Source: Lama glama
Lineage: Eukaryota
NCBI GenBank assembly: GCA_028534125.1
Contig: CM052844.1
Span: 4,464,001 to 4,528,000, forward strand
Direction of reading: 5' to 3'
DNA: 64,000 nt
The notes beneath the pieces are model-generated. The model was given only the letters and a program-made list of their open reading frames with translations. It was not told the origin of the DNA and did not search any database. Numbering within the stretch: position 1 is the first letter of the stretch; each line of letters begins with the position of its first letter. This document shows positions 1 to 12,258 of the stretch, piece after piece. The position numbers were made by a program, and so were the translations under genes.

Positions 1-650
1 CTTTCCTCAACTTTCGATAACTGCCTTTAAAAATAAAAGGATAGCAAAACACAATCACACCCCATTGCAATGTTACATAGTCACCTCCTAGGCAACTAGT
101 GCTACTTAGAGCAGCCCAGCTTAGCCATTCATATGAGTAAGAGAGCGGGTCAAACCCTACACGTCTCAGGTGTCATGCTGGGAACCAGAGCTGCTCGGAC
201 AAGGTGTTGCCTTCAGGAAGCGCTCAGCACCACGGAGAGGATGTGTGAACCTGCAGCAGCAGCGAGCGGTGAGTACCGAGTGGGGAGCCACTGGCACAGC
301 AGAAGCAGCCACCCCGACCCGGGGTTTGGGGGGAGCAGTCAGAGGATACTTCCTGGGGTACAGCGTCACCTCGGCTGAATCTTAAAGAAAACAGAGGATT
401 TTGCTAAGTAGAAAAGAGGACAGGGAAAGGGCAGATATGCCTTCCAGGTATAAGAAAAGCGTCCTGTGAAATGCAACGTGTTTCTACGAGCAACATAACA
501 GCTCGTGTTAAGTGACATTTAGAAGCAGAAAGTGGTGTCTCTGTTCTTCACAACTCAATCCTAGTCTTAAATCTCCACCAAGACATGGCCTGAAAAGCTC
601 GTATCTACACACACACTAAAAATTGTGTTCTCTTTTTCTCAATTCTCAGT

Positions 651-733
651 TTAGTCAGGCAACAAATATTTTTGAGCACCTACTGTGTGCCAGGTACCAT
701 TATAAGCACTGAAGATACAAGAGGAACCAAGAC
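651..733 (-). mobile_element. LINE L2 3' end fragment
   Basis: caacaaatatttttgagcacctactgtgtgccagg matches the reverse complement of the L2 3' end. Confidence 0.8.
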
Positions 734-860
734 TTGGCTGCATTTAAAGAACTAATACCATGACGGGCTCAAAGTAAATATTTATAAAACTAAAAATTCT
801 CATATGTTATGAGAAAGAATCCACTTAAGTAAATCCAAATGATAATCCAATGATCTAGAA

Positions 861-1057
861 CTGCCTGTCCAACATGGTAGCTACCCACCACATGGGAGTA
901 TTTAAATTTAAATTAATTAAAAGTGAATCAAATTTAAAATTCAGTTACTCAGAAGCACTAGATAGGTTTGAAACGCTCAACAGCCACACTGGACGCTATA
1001 CTGGACAGCACGACACAGAACATCTCTATTGTCACAGAAAGTTCAATGGAACCGCTG
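861..1057 (-). mobile_element. MER3 (hAT-Charlie) DNA transposon, full length
   Basis: Colinear with the recalled MER3 consensus. Flanked by a near-perfect 8-bp TSD, atctagaa (853-860) and ctctagaa (1058-1065), with the Charlie-type TCTAGA core. Confidence 0.9.
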
Positions 1058-1251
1058 CTCTAGAATATCTCCCATGTGAAAAAGTGCCCCATGCTGGTGG
1101 GAAGGAAGTAAGGATTTTTGTCAAAGATCCACTGACTGACAGCTGATTCTAAATACTAACTCATAAACAAAAATTCACCATGACTTTAAAAATTAGGCCA
1201 AAACCCAATTCTACCTACACGGTGATTTCACCAAAATAAGATGCAACATAC

Positions 1252-1332
1252 CTTCAGTGTAAACTTTTATATGTGACCTTTCATATTTTGGGTGCAAGAT
1301 TGTGTTTTTATTCCCTCCATTCCTGAGGTGTC
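1252..1332 (-). CDS. Candidate 81-nt internal exon (phase 1-1) of an unidentified minus-strand gene: (G)HLRNGGNKNTILHPKYERSHIKVYTE
   Basis: Acceptor tcttttctgttcattattccaag|G and donor AAG|gtatgt. Only one frame is open and the length is a multiple of 3. No homolog recognised. Confidence 0.4.
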
Positions 1333-1899
1333 CTTGGAATAATGAACAGAAAAGACGCACAATAATTTTCATACAAGAGGGAGACTTTGCTGGGGACCAC
1401 AGGACAGCACAGACGCGGGAGATGCAGCTCAGCGGGAAGACTGCCGCAGAAGACACGTCGTGGGGCCTCAGTAGAGGCAGCTGCTGATCTGGAGCCATTC
1501 AAGACTCAAAATTGCCAGGAGAAAAAGAGTGAGAGACATGGGAATAAAACTCCACCCCAACTTCTCTATACAAAACACTTGGCAGCCTGTTTTTATAATA
1601 CAAGCCACAAAAAAAAAAGATGCTCTTCCCTAAAGAAACTGGGCACAATGTTGGGAAGAACCAGGATGCTATCATGGGGAACACAGGACCAAGGGAGGCC
1701 ACGGGCAGCCTGGCACTTAGAACGTGTCTAAAACAAACCCACGCACTCTGGGGTCCGTCTGCTGGTGCCTCCTTCTTAACTATGAACAGGCAACTGAGCA
1801 TCACCAGACTCTTAAGGAAATTCTGCAACCTAGAGACCAAGATTTAAAACAACAAAACAAAAAAAAAACAAAAAAAAAGGAAAAAGACACAACGAAGGA

Positions 1900-3410
1900 A
1901 ACAGAACATTTTTTAAAGTCTAACTTGGAGACCTCTAAGAAGCTATTCCACCCACAGGCAACAATAATCGCTGGGAAAGAGGAAAAATCAGAGAATCAGA
2001 AAAGGCCCTTAGAAATCAAAAATATAATTGCCAACAGCATCAGTAGGAAGACAGGAAGAACATAAAAATCATCTCACAGAAGAGTGGAACAAAGAGAAGA
2101 GATGATAGTTATTCCATAAAATCGTAAAAGAAATCCAGTTTGCTTTCTGTCAAACTAACAGATTCCAAACAGAGTTCACAGAGAAGAGAAGAAAGAAATT
2201 AATTAGATAATTTTTAGGACACTGAGGATAAAGAGAAAATATTAAGGTTTCCATAGAAGATAGGAGGAAAACTCAACTACAAAGGAGGAAGAATCAAATT
2301 TCCCATCATTAATACTGGCAGATGGCAATGTAGCAACATCACCAAATTTCTGACGGGAAAGTCATTCTCAACAGAAATTTCTGTGTAAGCCAACCACTTA
2401 ATCAATTGTAAGTGCTGAACAAAGACATTTTTAAACATACTAGGACTCACAATACTTCCTTCTTAGAAAGATAATTAAGGGTGTAATTCAGCAAAAGGAA
2501 GGACTAAGTCAAGAAAAAGGATAAGAAAGAGGAAATCCAACTGAGAAGATATAGGAAAGAGTGGATCCAACTGAGGAGGGCTATGAAGGGGGGTCCTAGG
2601 TGAGAGCTGGGGAGCAGCCCTAGGGAACAGGCACCTAAAAAGATAAAGGTCTCAGAAGGAGGTCTCTGGGTAAAAAAGAAATCAACAAAATAGTTGGTAT
2701 TATCTTGACTTATTTAAAAATGAGACCACAGTAAAAGCAGAGTCCGGTTAAAAAAAAAAAAACGGGCAACAGAAACTTCCTGGGAAACAGAGTCCAAAAA
2801 CAAAGAAAACATCATCGCTGTGCACTGCACGGCCCTCCAGCGAACAGTGAGCACCTAGTGAGATCAGGTAAACCATTTTATCTTCAAGTTCTTACCAAAA
2901 TCTCAGCAAAGAAACGAAGACAATTATGGTTACAGAACAAAAGGAAAGGTTAGGTGGACAAATCACAGAAGACAAGAGCTGGGAAATAAGAAGAGCTGAA
3001 AGGATGAGGTATTGTCTCCTCGTGTCACAAAGTAGGGAATCAAGAGATACTGTCTATGATTGGTAAAACAAGAAACAGAAAGATAAAATGCCACTTAGAG
3101 TCTAAAAATAATCAATCAAGAAACTAAAAATCTTAGTACAACCCTTCCGGGGTGGAGGCAGAGAAGTCTACTTCAGTGACTCAAGGATTCCTCTCACAAA
3201 ACAAGTACGTGTCTAAAACTGATGAATCTAGAAATAACCATGTAAACATACCAGCCACACATAGAGGGAAACACCAGAGAGAAAGGTTAGTCGAGTTGAA
3301 GACGGCCCCCTCGGAGAACTGGACACAGAGAAGGGGAGGGTGGTGCTATTCACTCTAAACGCCCCTGTCCCGTATGATTTTTTAACCACATACTTGATCA
3401 AATTTGTACA
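1900..3410 (+). mobile_element. Highly decayed HAL1 or old L1 ORF1-region remnant
   Basis: A-rich sequence with L1 ORF1-like motifs at ~2240-2460; boundaries approximate. Confidence 0.5.
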
Positions 3411-3587
3411 CGATTCTGTAATAATAATAACAGCGATAGTTTTCATTGTTAACAAAGCCAGGACTTCAAGGCAGGCAGTTTCAAGGCCACAATCTTAACC
3501 ACAAAATTCATCCGATGCCTCCACCAGATTTGGTGAAAGGAAATTAGGGGAAAAAAAAGAAAAAGGAGCACACAGCATTTTATAGAC

Positions 3588-3872
3588 CAGTGGCCTCCAA
3601 GCGTGATTCCGACGGCAACACTGTCAGCAGCAACGCTGTAGCAGCGACTGAAAACGCCTGAGGAATGTGATCTAAGTATTATGTGCAGGTGGTTAAAAAC
3701 CAGCCAGTCCCTGTGGATGACACGCTGGGTCAGAAACGGCGGGGGTGGGCTCCAGCAATTTTTTATTTTTTTTAATTGAAGTGTCGCTGATTTGTGTTAG
3801 TTTCTGACGCACAGCATAGTGATCCAGGCCCCCTTGTAAATTCTGGTGCCTTCTGATACATAAGAACCACTG
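3588..3872 (+). mobile_element. MER5A DNA transposon interrupted by a short antisense L1 3' tail (~3759-3826)
   Basis: Ends cagtgg...gaaccactg, internal tcagaaac...gggtgggctccagcaat. The inserted ttttttaattgaagtgtcgctgatttgtgttagtttctg is an L1 tail in reverse. Confidence 0.7.
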
Positions 3873-5753
3873 TCAGGGAGATAGAAAAAAAGCTCGGAAG
3901 AATAGACACTCAAACATTAGTAAGTAAAGTTCCGGGACGAATTTCTGTACTCTTGGTTTTCAATTGTCACGTGTTCTTTTCAAAATGAACGCAGTTTATA
4001 TAGGGGCAAATGTAAGTATGGATATGTGTATGTGCCTGCATAGCAAAATACAGAAATCTCCCAGAACCATCAAAGTACTCACTGAAACATGCTAATTTTC
4101 CTAGAAAAAAAGACGAGAAGATTTAGTCTGATGTGCCCCCCAGAGACTGCAGAACAGAAAACCAAGACAGAGGTGAACATACGTACAGGTACAACAAACA
4201 CATCAAAAGTTGAATTAAAATTCTAAGTAAGTGCACATACAGCGACCAAAGTATTTCCCACAACGTCCCTCTCTAGCTTGACAATATTTATGTCTCTGAC
4301 ATTCCTAAATGCCACATCCGTGCAAAATACACTGGCAAGAAAATTGTTAGCCAGAGCGGATTTGATTTCTTCCTTCCAAATTCTATTCTAGTTCTGGCAA
4401 AAGAGGCCAAGTTGTTCTTCAAGTATCTTTCTTGTACTGCTAATCATCTTTGATTTTCAAAAATCAAAGTTTAAATGAATATATTTAACCTCAGCCTTTT
4501 GAATCCATGTGTCCATTCAACTCAACACCTTCTGGATCATAAGTCCAAAGTAAAGAAAACTTTCACGTTAGAGAATTTCTAACCGAAAGTTCTAATAAAA
4601 AGTTCCACTTCTGATAAAAAGCTATTTGTGTATAAAATATTTTAGAAAGAATACAGGAGAGACAGGACTAAAAGGAGCAAAGGGGAGAGAACAGATGACA
4701 AGGGTGACTTACTGTGATTCAAGTTCAAATTAAAGAATAAAGCAGAAATGAAATGAAAAGGACGTAGAAAAAAGGCAGGAGGCCTGGGTGTCACCAAAGA
4801 ACTCTGATGATAGAATCATAAAATAAAACAGACCTGGAGAAAATGGAGATTTAAAAGCCATCGTTGCATTTGATTTATATAATCCAGTTAAGCTGCCTGT
4901 TAGAAAAACATCTGGTGCACATCTAGTTGCAATTTTTTGAAAGCTGCTCTCTTTTTAGACAACTTATTTGCAACAATGCTGCACGGTTAAAATTTCACAG
5001 GGAAGGTGGAAACAAGTGTGAGTCCTTCCCTATTCCCAAATTCTGAAAAAGTCTTCTCCTCTTTCAAAAGAGCAGAAAGGTCTGAGATATTTTTATAACA
5101 AAAAAAATTAAACATTTATTAAAGGAAATCAAAGTAAATATGCCTTAAATCTTCAATGGCAGCTCATGGCATATTACATATCTTTTTTAGATTACTCCCT
5201 GTTCTGGTCTTGAAGGAATACAAAATAATAAATAAAAGACAAGCGTGGTCACAGAAGTGCTGGTCAGTGTACAGCGTACTTTCAATTTTACCGATGAAAT
5301 AGAATCATAAAACATTAACAGGCAGGCTACTCTAACCTACGTATGGAGACAACATCAGAGGCTTCTCCCTTACACAGCCATCTCTTTCCTGGCTTTGATG
5401 GAAGGACCACTTCGGGGATCATTGTTAGTATTGAAATGTCAATTGGACATCCATCTCTATTACCACTTAAAAGCCTTGTAATATAAGTGAATATTTTATA
5501 ACAAAAATACAGTGAAACGTTACATAAAATTCAAATTGCCTTCGATCATTTAATTAAAATTATTTGCAATTCATCCAATTCCCTGCCAGCCACCTTACAG
5601 ACATGGACACTTCATTCACTCATGTTGACCCAGTAGCACGTCCCTGTATCTGACACACAGTAAGGACTCCAACAAATGGCCGTCGTGCCGAACTGAACCC
5701 AGGTCCACGAAAACAGCTTTCTTAGTCTTTCCGTATTTTGTCTATTCATGTGT

Positions 5754-6123
5754 TGCTGTGGACTGAATGTTTGTGTCCTCCCAAAAGCTCGTATGTTAAA
5801 ATCTAGCCGCCAGTGTGATGGCATAAGGCAGTGGGGACTTCAGGGGGCAATCAGCTCATCAGGGCAGAGCCCTCAGGAGCGGGATAATCATCCTTGTGAA
5901 AGAGACACCAGAGAGCTCTCTCCTGCCCCTCCGCCCTGTGAGGACGCAGCGAGAAGACTGCCTGCCACCAAGAACCAGGAGGAGGGTCCTCCGCAGACAC
6001 TGAATCTTCAGATGCACCGATCTGAGATGTCCTGCCTACAGAACCGTGGGAAACAAACGTCTTCTGTTTACACCGCCAGTCGGTGGTAATTCTGTTACAG
6101 CAGCCAGACGGACTTAGTGAACA
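5754..6123 (+). mobile_element. MLT1A-type MaLR solo LTR
   Basis: Starts tgctgtggactgaatgtttgtgtcc and ends tgttacagcagccagacggacttagtgaaca. Confidence 0.85.
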
Positions 6124-7382
6124 AAGTTCACTTGGCTTTATGTGATCCTTGGGTGTTGATTCATGAGCATTTACGATCACGAACAGATTTCTCTGTTTTT
6201 TAAAAGCCTTGTACTTTAGTTGCAATGAGGCTGAAATATTTTGAGGTAGGAGAGGGAGAACTTCTGAAATCAAAGTATAAACACGATGGTAGAACAGAGC
6301 GCACATATGCAAGTTGGAAAAAAAAAAGTTCACAAATTGCAAGACTAGACATAACCCTAATTGTATATTTCGCTTTTGTAATCCAAATGGTGAGTTGTCA
6401 GCCCTGGAGGCCCAGAACGACGTCCTGCAGGGCAGGGCTTGCGCTGACGGTGAGCACCCTTTGTCCCAGCGGAAAATCCGTGCCAACGGACAGTGAGTAC
6501 CACGGTCGCCCCGGCCAAGCAACCCCTTTTGTGAAAATGTTGATGACCAGCACTTAAAGCGTCAAGCCCCTTTGCTCCCAAGCCACACCTGCTTGCTTAT
6601 AAATCTTAGGATTAAGTTTTCAGGTTTCCACTGTTAGTCAACTGGCATCCTGATTTTATAAAAATTGGGCTTTATAAACCCGGCGCATGAGCCTGACCAA
6701 GGTGACAGCTTTGTTCTCGGGGTGCAGACAAGTTCATTGGCCCTGGTCTGTTTCACAGCAGCGAGTCCAGGCCTGTCAGGCGCTCGGGGACAAGCAGGCA
6801 GGCTCCTCGGGTCGCGCCCTCTTGTGCCCGTTCTTTGAAGATCCTCAGCGCATCCAACTTGATCACATCACAGGGAAACAAAAATACCTATTTTATGTCC
6901 TATTTTACCAACTAATAGAATTTTAGAGGGCTTAGATTTTTTTTCCACAGGAGGAGGGCACTGAGGAATGATTAGTGAATTCCCCAAGCCACCGTGCAGC
7001 GTTCTAGCAATGTCCACCCCACAGCCCTCGGGCTGGACTAACCAGAGCATGGCCCAGAACCTCAGCACCAGGGTCCTCTGGTGGCCAGGAATGTCAACAT
7101 ATGGGCTTTAAAGTCAAAGCGCTCTCTCGGACACTTTGAAGGGGGAGGTGTACAGCTGCCATCTACAAGGATACGCTCTGGGCCACCTCCCTCCCTCACA
7201 GCTGCAGACCTGTCCCCTCTGCAGACTCTGGCACCTCGTGGGTCCCGGAAGATCCCAGAACAAGAAAGCCCTGCCCCCTACAGACCACACACGCCCCTTC
7301 CACCAGCCCCTCCCAGGCAGAGGGCCGCTCCCACCTCCCACCTGATCCAGCAGGTCTGGGGTGAGGCCTGGCCCTAGGCCAC

Positions 7383-7603
7383 NNNNNNNNNNNNNNNNNN
7401 NNNNNNNNNNNNNNNNNNNNNNNNNNNNNNNNNNNNNNNNNNNNNNNNNNNNNNNNNNNNNNNNNNNNNNNNNNNNNNNNNNNNNNNNNNNNNNNNNNNN
7501 NNNNNNNNNNNNNNNNNNNNNNNNNNNNNNNNNNNNNNNNNNNNNNNNNNNNNNNNNNNNNNNNNNNNNNNNNNNNNNNNNNNNNNNNNNNNNNNNNNNN
7601 NNN
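7383..7603. other. Assembly gap (221 N)
   Basis: Run of N. Confidence 1.
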
Positions 7604-8011
7604 TCCAGCTTTATGACGTTCTGGAAATGGCAAACCTATGGCGACAGGGAACAGATCACTGGTTGCCAGAGATTTTGGGGGGAAGAAGGGTGAACAGTTA
7701 GAGCACAGAAGATTTTTAGAGCAATGGAAATACTCTGGATGATACTAAAATTGGGGGTACATGTCCTTACCCATTTGTCAAGGTCTGTAGATTTTACAAC
7801 AGCAAGAGTGAACCCCAGGTAAACCCCAGACTTGGGGTGATTCTGATGTGTCAATCAACGTAAGTTCCATTGCAACAAACGCACCGCTCCATGCAGGGTG
7901 TCGGTGCAGGGGAGGTGGTGCGTGAGGGCGGGCAGCGGGTATACGGGAAGTCTCTGCACTTTCTGCTGCATTTTGCTGTGAACCCAAAACTGCTCTTACA
8001 GACTATTAAAA
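7604..8011 (+). mobile_element. L1MC-type 3' UTR fragment
   Basis: ttctggaaatggcaaacctatgg...gaagatttttagagcaatggaaatactctg...ttttgctgtgaacccaaaactgctct. Confidence 0.8.
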
Positions 8012-8021
8012 ATGAGGCAGG

Positions 8022-8101
8022 GAAAAAGTATTCCGTTGTTGACCTGAAATTCAGTTTTAACAGGTGTCCTATATTTTCATTCACTAAATCTAGCAATCCT
8101 G
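8022..8101. mobile_element. MER53-like hAT fragment
   Basis: aaaaagtattccgttgttgacctgaaattcagttttaacaggtgtcctatatttt...tctagcaatcct. Confidence 0.6.
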
Positions 8102-8972
8102 TTGGAAAGGCATGGAAACTCCAAATTATAAAAATCATAACGAAGATTTCAATACACTGGGCATATCGTGAGCCTCAGCAGGTGACACTCCCCCATTCCC
8201 CATCCCGCTGAGACACCCAGTTTTGCAGGGCGCCGGTTCAGACGGCTGGATACCCCCAGCACTGGATAAATTCACTTGCCATAGTTTGGCTCCCTCCATT
8301 CTGAACCCCAGAATTTAAAATAAAATTTTTACATGAATGTCTAGTCTCTTAAACTAACACACTCTCGGTTTATATAAGGTTTAATTTGATCGTAGGATTT
8401 TTGTTTACATGTGTGTTCTTTCTCTCATTTCATTAAAGCCCATGGAATCAGAAACTGGGATTTCAAATATTTCAGTGCTCACCAGTAACCTACTGTGACA
8501 TCCAAAAGAGCGTTCTCGAGAAACTCCTGTTAAATTATTCTTCTCTTGTCTCAGATATTTTAAAGGTAATACACCTGACCTTTAATGCAACATGCTCTCC
8601 TTCCATTAATGGGACTATTTCTTAGAAGATCATTTACATGATATCAGTGTGAATTTAGTATTTTATTTATTCAAGCAGCAATCTCCACCAAACTTTGCAG
8701 AGGCAGGATTAGAATCTCTGTATTTCTGAAGTCACCTGTCGACACAAGGAGGAATAATTACATTTAGCAATCTGTAGCCTCGGGCAGCTCCAGCTGTGAC
8801 AGCTACGCCGAGACTGAGGTTTCGGGACATCAGCACATCACCAAGATAACAATAAAGCTCATAAAACCCAACCTATTATCTGCCAAACACATCTCTGGAT
8901 ACCTGCATCTCGGAGAGAAGTCTATTATAGAGATAGTGACACACAGCGCCCCCCACACATCCCTCTACATAC

Positions 8973-9039
8973 CTGCAATATTCTCATTGACGGGATGCAC
9001 CAAGGAAGGCTTGTTATCAGCCGCAATCGGCTGAGTGGC
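8973..9039 (-). CDS. Candidate 67-nt exon (phase 0-1): ATQPIAADNKPSLVHPVNENIA(G)
   Basis: Acceptor aatctgtcccag|G and strong donor CAG|gtatgt. Open frame is compatible with the candidate exons at 14427 and 1252. Confidence 0.4.
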
Positions 9040-11170
9040 CTGGGACAGATTTAATTTACTGACATAAAACATTCTCATTTTCTGCCCGCCTAGGTCGGGC
9101 ACAGGCCTGAGAAGTCACAGGGAGGGCTGATGCCCACCCTCAGGGTGGACGACGGGTCACTGATGACAACTGGACATCGGAAATCCTTTGCCCCCCCCCA
9201 CCGCACCCCCGACACACACCAAACTGTTAGAAATATGAAGGGACTTTGGCGCTGTTCGTAGACTTTCTTAGTTGCTTTTACTTAGAGGCTTTTCTCAAAT
9301 CCAAAGCCAAGGTAAAAGGGCCCAACACAGCATTCATTTTTCATGACTCTCAAGCTAGGATGTAAATCCATGTTCGAGGTGCATTAACTCCCATTAGGAT
9401 CCTAACAGCTGGCCAAGAGCTAACCTCCGCTCACCCTGGACGAAGACCCTCAGCACACCCGTGGGGACACCAAGGCAGGCAGGGGCTGGGCACTGCCCGA
9501 CTCCTGGCAGCTGACTGGGGAAAGGGGAAATCACAGGCAGTTTTAACTCGGGGAAGCCAGCCCCCCCTGCACCATGGAGTCCTGTACTGGGCCTCACCTC
9601 TCACTAACCCCCAGGCAAGAAAGAGACGAGCGAGGGGCTTTATTCTTTGTTCCCAGGGAACAGAGAAGCCCACCGGGGAGTCCGTGGGTGGGCAGACATT
9701 AAGAACAAGCACCCTAAGTAGGAAGCAGAGCTTTGACCTCGAGGGCTTCTGGAAAGAACATCTAGAAAACACATGAAAAATGCTCTTTAGCAAAATCTTG
9801 AGGATTCAGACCCAGCAAGGTCACCTGTGTCTCATTCTTGCAAAAATACAGAGCAATGCCTAGGACTGAAAATTAAAGTTGGCCATCAAGATACATACAT
9901 GGGCAATTTCATGTTAGTCTAAAATGCACTCAGTCACCATGAATGACACTTATCATCAGTGCCTTCAACAAGCTGGAACAAACGAGCCACATCGCATTCA
10001 GCGAAGGAAACTATCAACCCTCTCCAGCTGCTTGAGGACGTGTGAACAGCACTTTTTGCGAGTGCCTTTGGAGAGTGCCCACTGGTATATGAACAATCCC
10101 ACCAGAGGATAAAATTTGGTATTAAAAACAAATGAAAACTGCATATCCACTCTGCAGAAAGAAATCATCCCGTGCTCTGTGGTCCAAGCGCATGGACTTG
10201 CTCTTAGACGCGGTGTTCCGTACCCACAAATAAAACGAAGCTTCCGATCTCCCGTCCGCTGCACTAAACACTCACAGCTCATGAATCACCTGCTATGGAC
10301 GTGAAGTGTCTCTCTGGGTCTCTCCTCTTCAGTTGCACTAGTAAGTGAGGTGTGTACCTTTTATGAAACTCAGAGACAATGACTCAGAGAACAAGACTGA
10401 ACTGTGCCTGAAAATGTGGGCTGCTATGTATAAAGGGAAAAAAAGGTAAACCAGTAACTGTGGCTGGTGATTTAAATATGTTTAATGAATTAGCATCAGC
10501 CTGACACCCTCCCTTTGATACCCCTAACCTACACACAAGCGGTTTAAGACCAAAATTAAGGTTCCGTATGATGTGCTGTCTTGACCTTTGAGACAAGAGG
10601 GCCTTGGGTAGGTAACTTCAAGTTCCTTCTCTTCACCCTCCTCCTGCAGAAAAGATCCCCTAACACGACCCTCCTCCCAGGACCAGGTGCGGCCCCTGCT
10701 CTCTGCTGGGCAATGGCTGTCCATTCCCAGCCAGTCCAGGGAACTAACCAAGCAAGCCAGTCGCATCCTCCCATGGGAGCCAGGGGGTACCTCACCCTCC
10801 TGTGAGGACAGAGCCCACCTCCCGCAGGCCCTGCTGGGTCTTTCCGTTCCTGAGCTCAGCCTCGTGTGGTCCCGCCCGGCCCGAGGTGTCCTGCTCGGGG
10901 CTGTGCCAAGAGGTTGCTGCCAGTCTCATCTGTCCAGTGTCCGGGGCCGTGCGCTCCGTCAGCCCCACTGCCTAGAGTGGGATCCCCGCTCACCAACAGG
11001 GCGAACAGGAAGCGATTAAAACAGCGCATCCCACAACTGGGTAGCTGTCCCATACTCCCTCAAGCTCTCACCACGTGGAATCTTCGCTACCGCGACTCCC
11101 AGGTGGGTCCGAGGTAATTCAAGGGCGGCCTCCCCTCGCACCCTAGGAGGGGCCTCTGATCCTCTATTTC

Positions 11171-11310
11171 TGCTGTTGTTGTTTCTAATATTATTCATTC
11201 GGGCGAGGCAGTTAGGTTTATTTATTTGTCTTTAGTGGAGGGACTGGGGATTGAACCAGGACCTTGTGCGTGCTAGGCATGCCCTCTGCCACTGAGCCCC
11301 ACTCTCCTGC
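11171..11310 (-). mobile_element. Camelid tRNA-derived SINE (vic-1-like)
   Basis: Minus strand reads ggagagtggggctcagtggcagagggcatgcctagcacgcacaaggtcctggttcaatccccagtccctccac...aaataaataaacctaactgcctc, with pol III A/B boxes and the camelid SINE tail. Confidence 0.85.
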
Positions 11311-11580
11311 CTTGAGCCTCTGTGTTTTAATTTAGAAGAAGACAATAATAAGAATGCTTACATGTTGAATCTTTTCCTCTTCTTAAGTAACAATATCTCT
11401 ATAGGCACAAGCTCAGGGAAGAAACATTTGTCCTCCGTTGAGAAAAGTTCCAGGCCAAGGCTGGATTCGGGTCAGCTCGACGCCAAACAGTAACTTCTCC
11501 TCCTTCCCTCTCCTCTCATGCTTGTACTGTTGACTTTAAGAATAACCTCCCACCTCCAACATGAATTATGTCCTTCTTAC

Positions 11581-11659
11581 CTCGCCTATGAAAGAGAATC
11601 CTAAAACTTCGGCAGCAGCCATTAAATAATGAACACTCCACAGCTGTGCTTTCAGTCAT
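11581..11659 (-). CDS. Candidate alternative first coding exon: MTESTAVECSLFNGCCRSFRILFHRR, phase-1 donor
   Basis: accATG context, open frame to a strong donor GAG|gtaaga, and GC/CpG-rich sequence immediately upstream (11700-12070). Confidence 0.3.
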
Positions 11660-12258
11660 GGTCACTCCATGCTTGAAAGACGTGTTTACAGGGATCCCCA
11701 GGGAACGACGATTTCTCCCACCACATGCCGCTCAGTCTCCACGCCCCCGGCCACACTCACTGTCCTCCTAGCAGTGACGAGACAGTCCCTGCAGAGCCAC
11801 CTTGCAGGGCGCAAAGAGGTGCCCTCGACGGCAGGAGCTGCTGGAAAGGCTGGAGATGGGCGTCCGGCAGCCGCGCCCAGCGCCCCGCGCTCCTGCCCTC
11901 CCTGGGACGCGTGCGGCTGCGCTGAGGGCTCGGAGGCAGGGATTCTGCTCCCACGAGCATCAGACCCTCCAGTTTCCCAGGAAGCAAACAAGCTGATGAC
12001 GAGACTCGTTTACCTCGGCCCTGCGAACACCTGCCACTTAGCAGCACCCACCGACATGAATACCGTCGGAGCCGATTTCAAAGTTCTTTCTTTCCACTTT
12101 CACTATTTAAGCAAACGTTTAGTGCACACCCTCTACTTAGCCAGTCTTGTCCCAGCTTCTGCGGCTACAGAGAGGTGTCAGCTGCGGTCTCCCCCTCCAG
12201 CAGCTCCCAGGAGTGGGTGACGTGGGGAAGGAACCATTGAAACTTCCACGGGAAACAA

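Noticed and set aside
4489-4532. Small minus-strand exon-like segment (ccag|AAGGTGTTG...GCTGAG|gttaaa)
   Set aside because: Weak donor and stop codons in all three frames.
5851-6522. 223-aa ORF
   Set aside because: Non-ATG start, partly antisense MLT1A LTR, and no protein-like composition.
11225-11307. tRNA gene
   Set aside because: tRNA-like A/B boxes followed by a SINE tail and no proper cloverleaf: it is a SINE.
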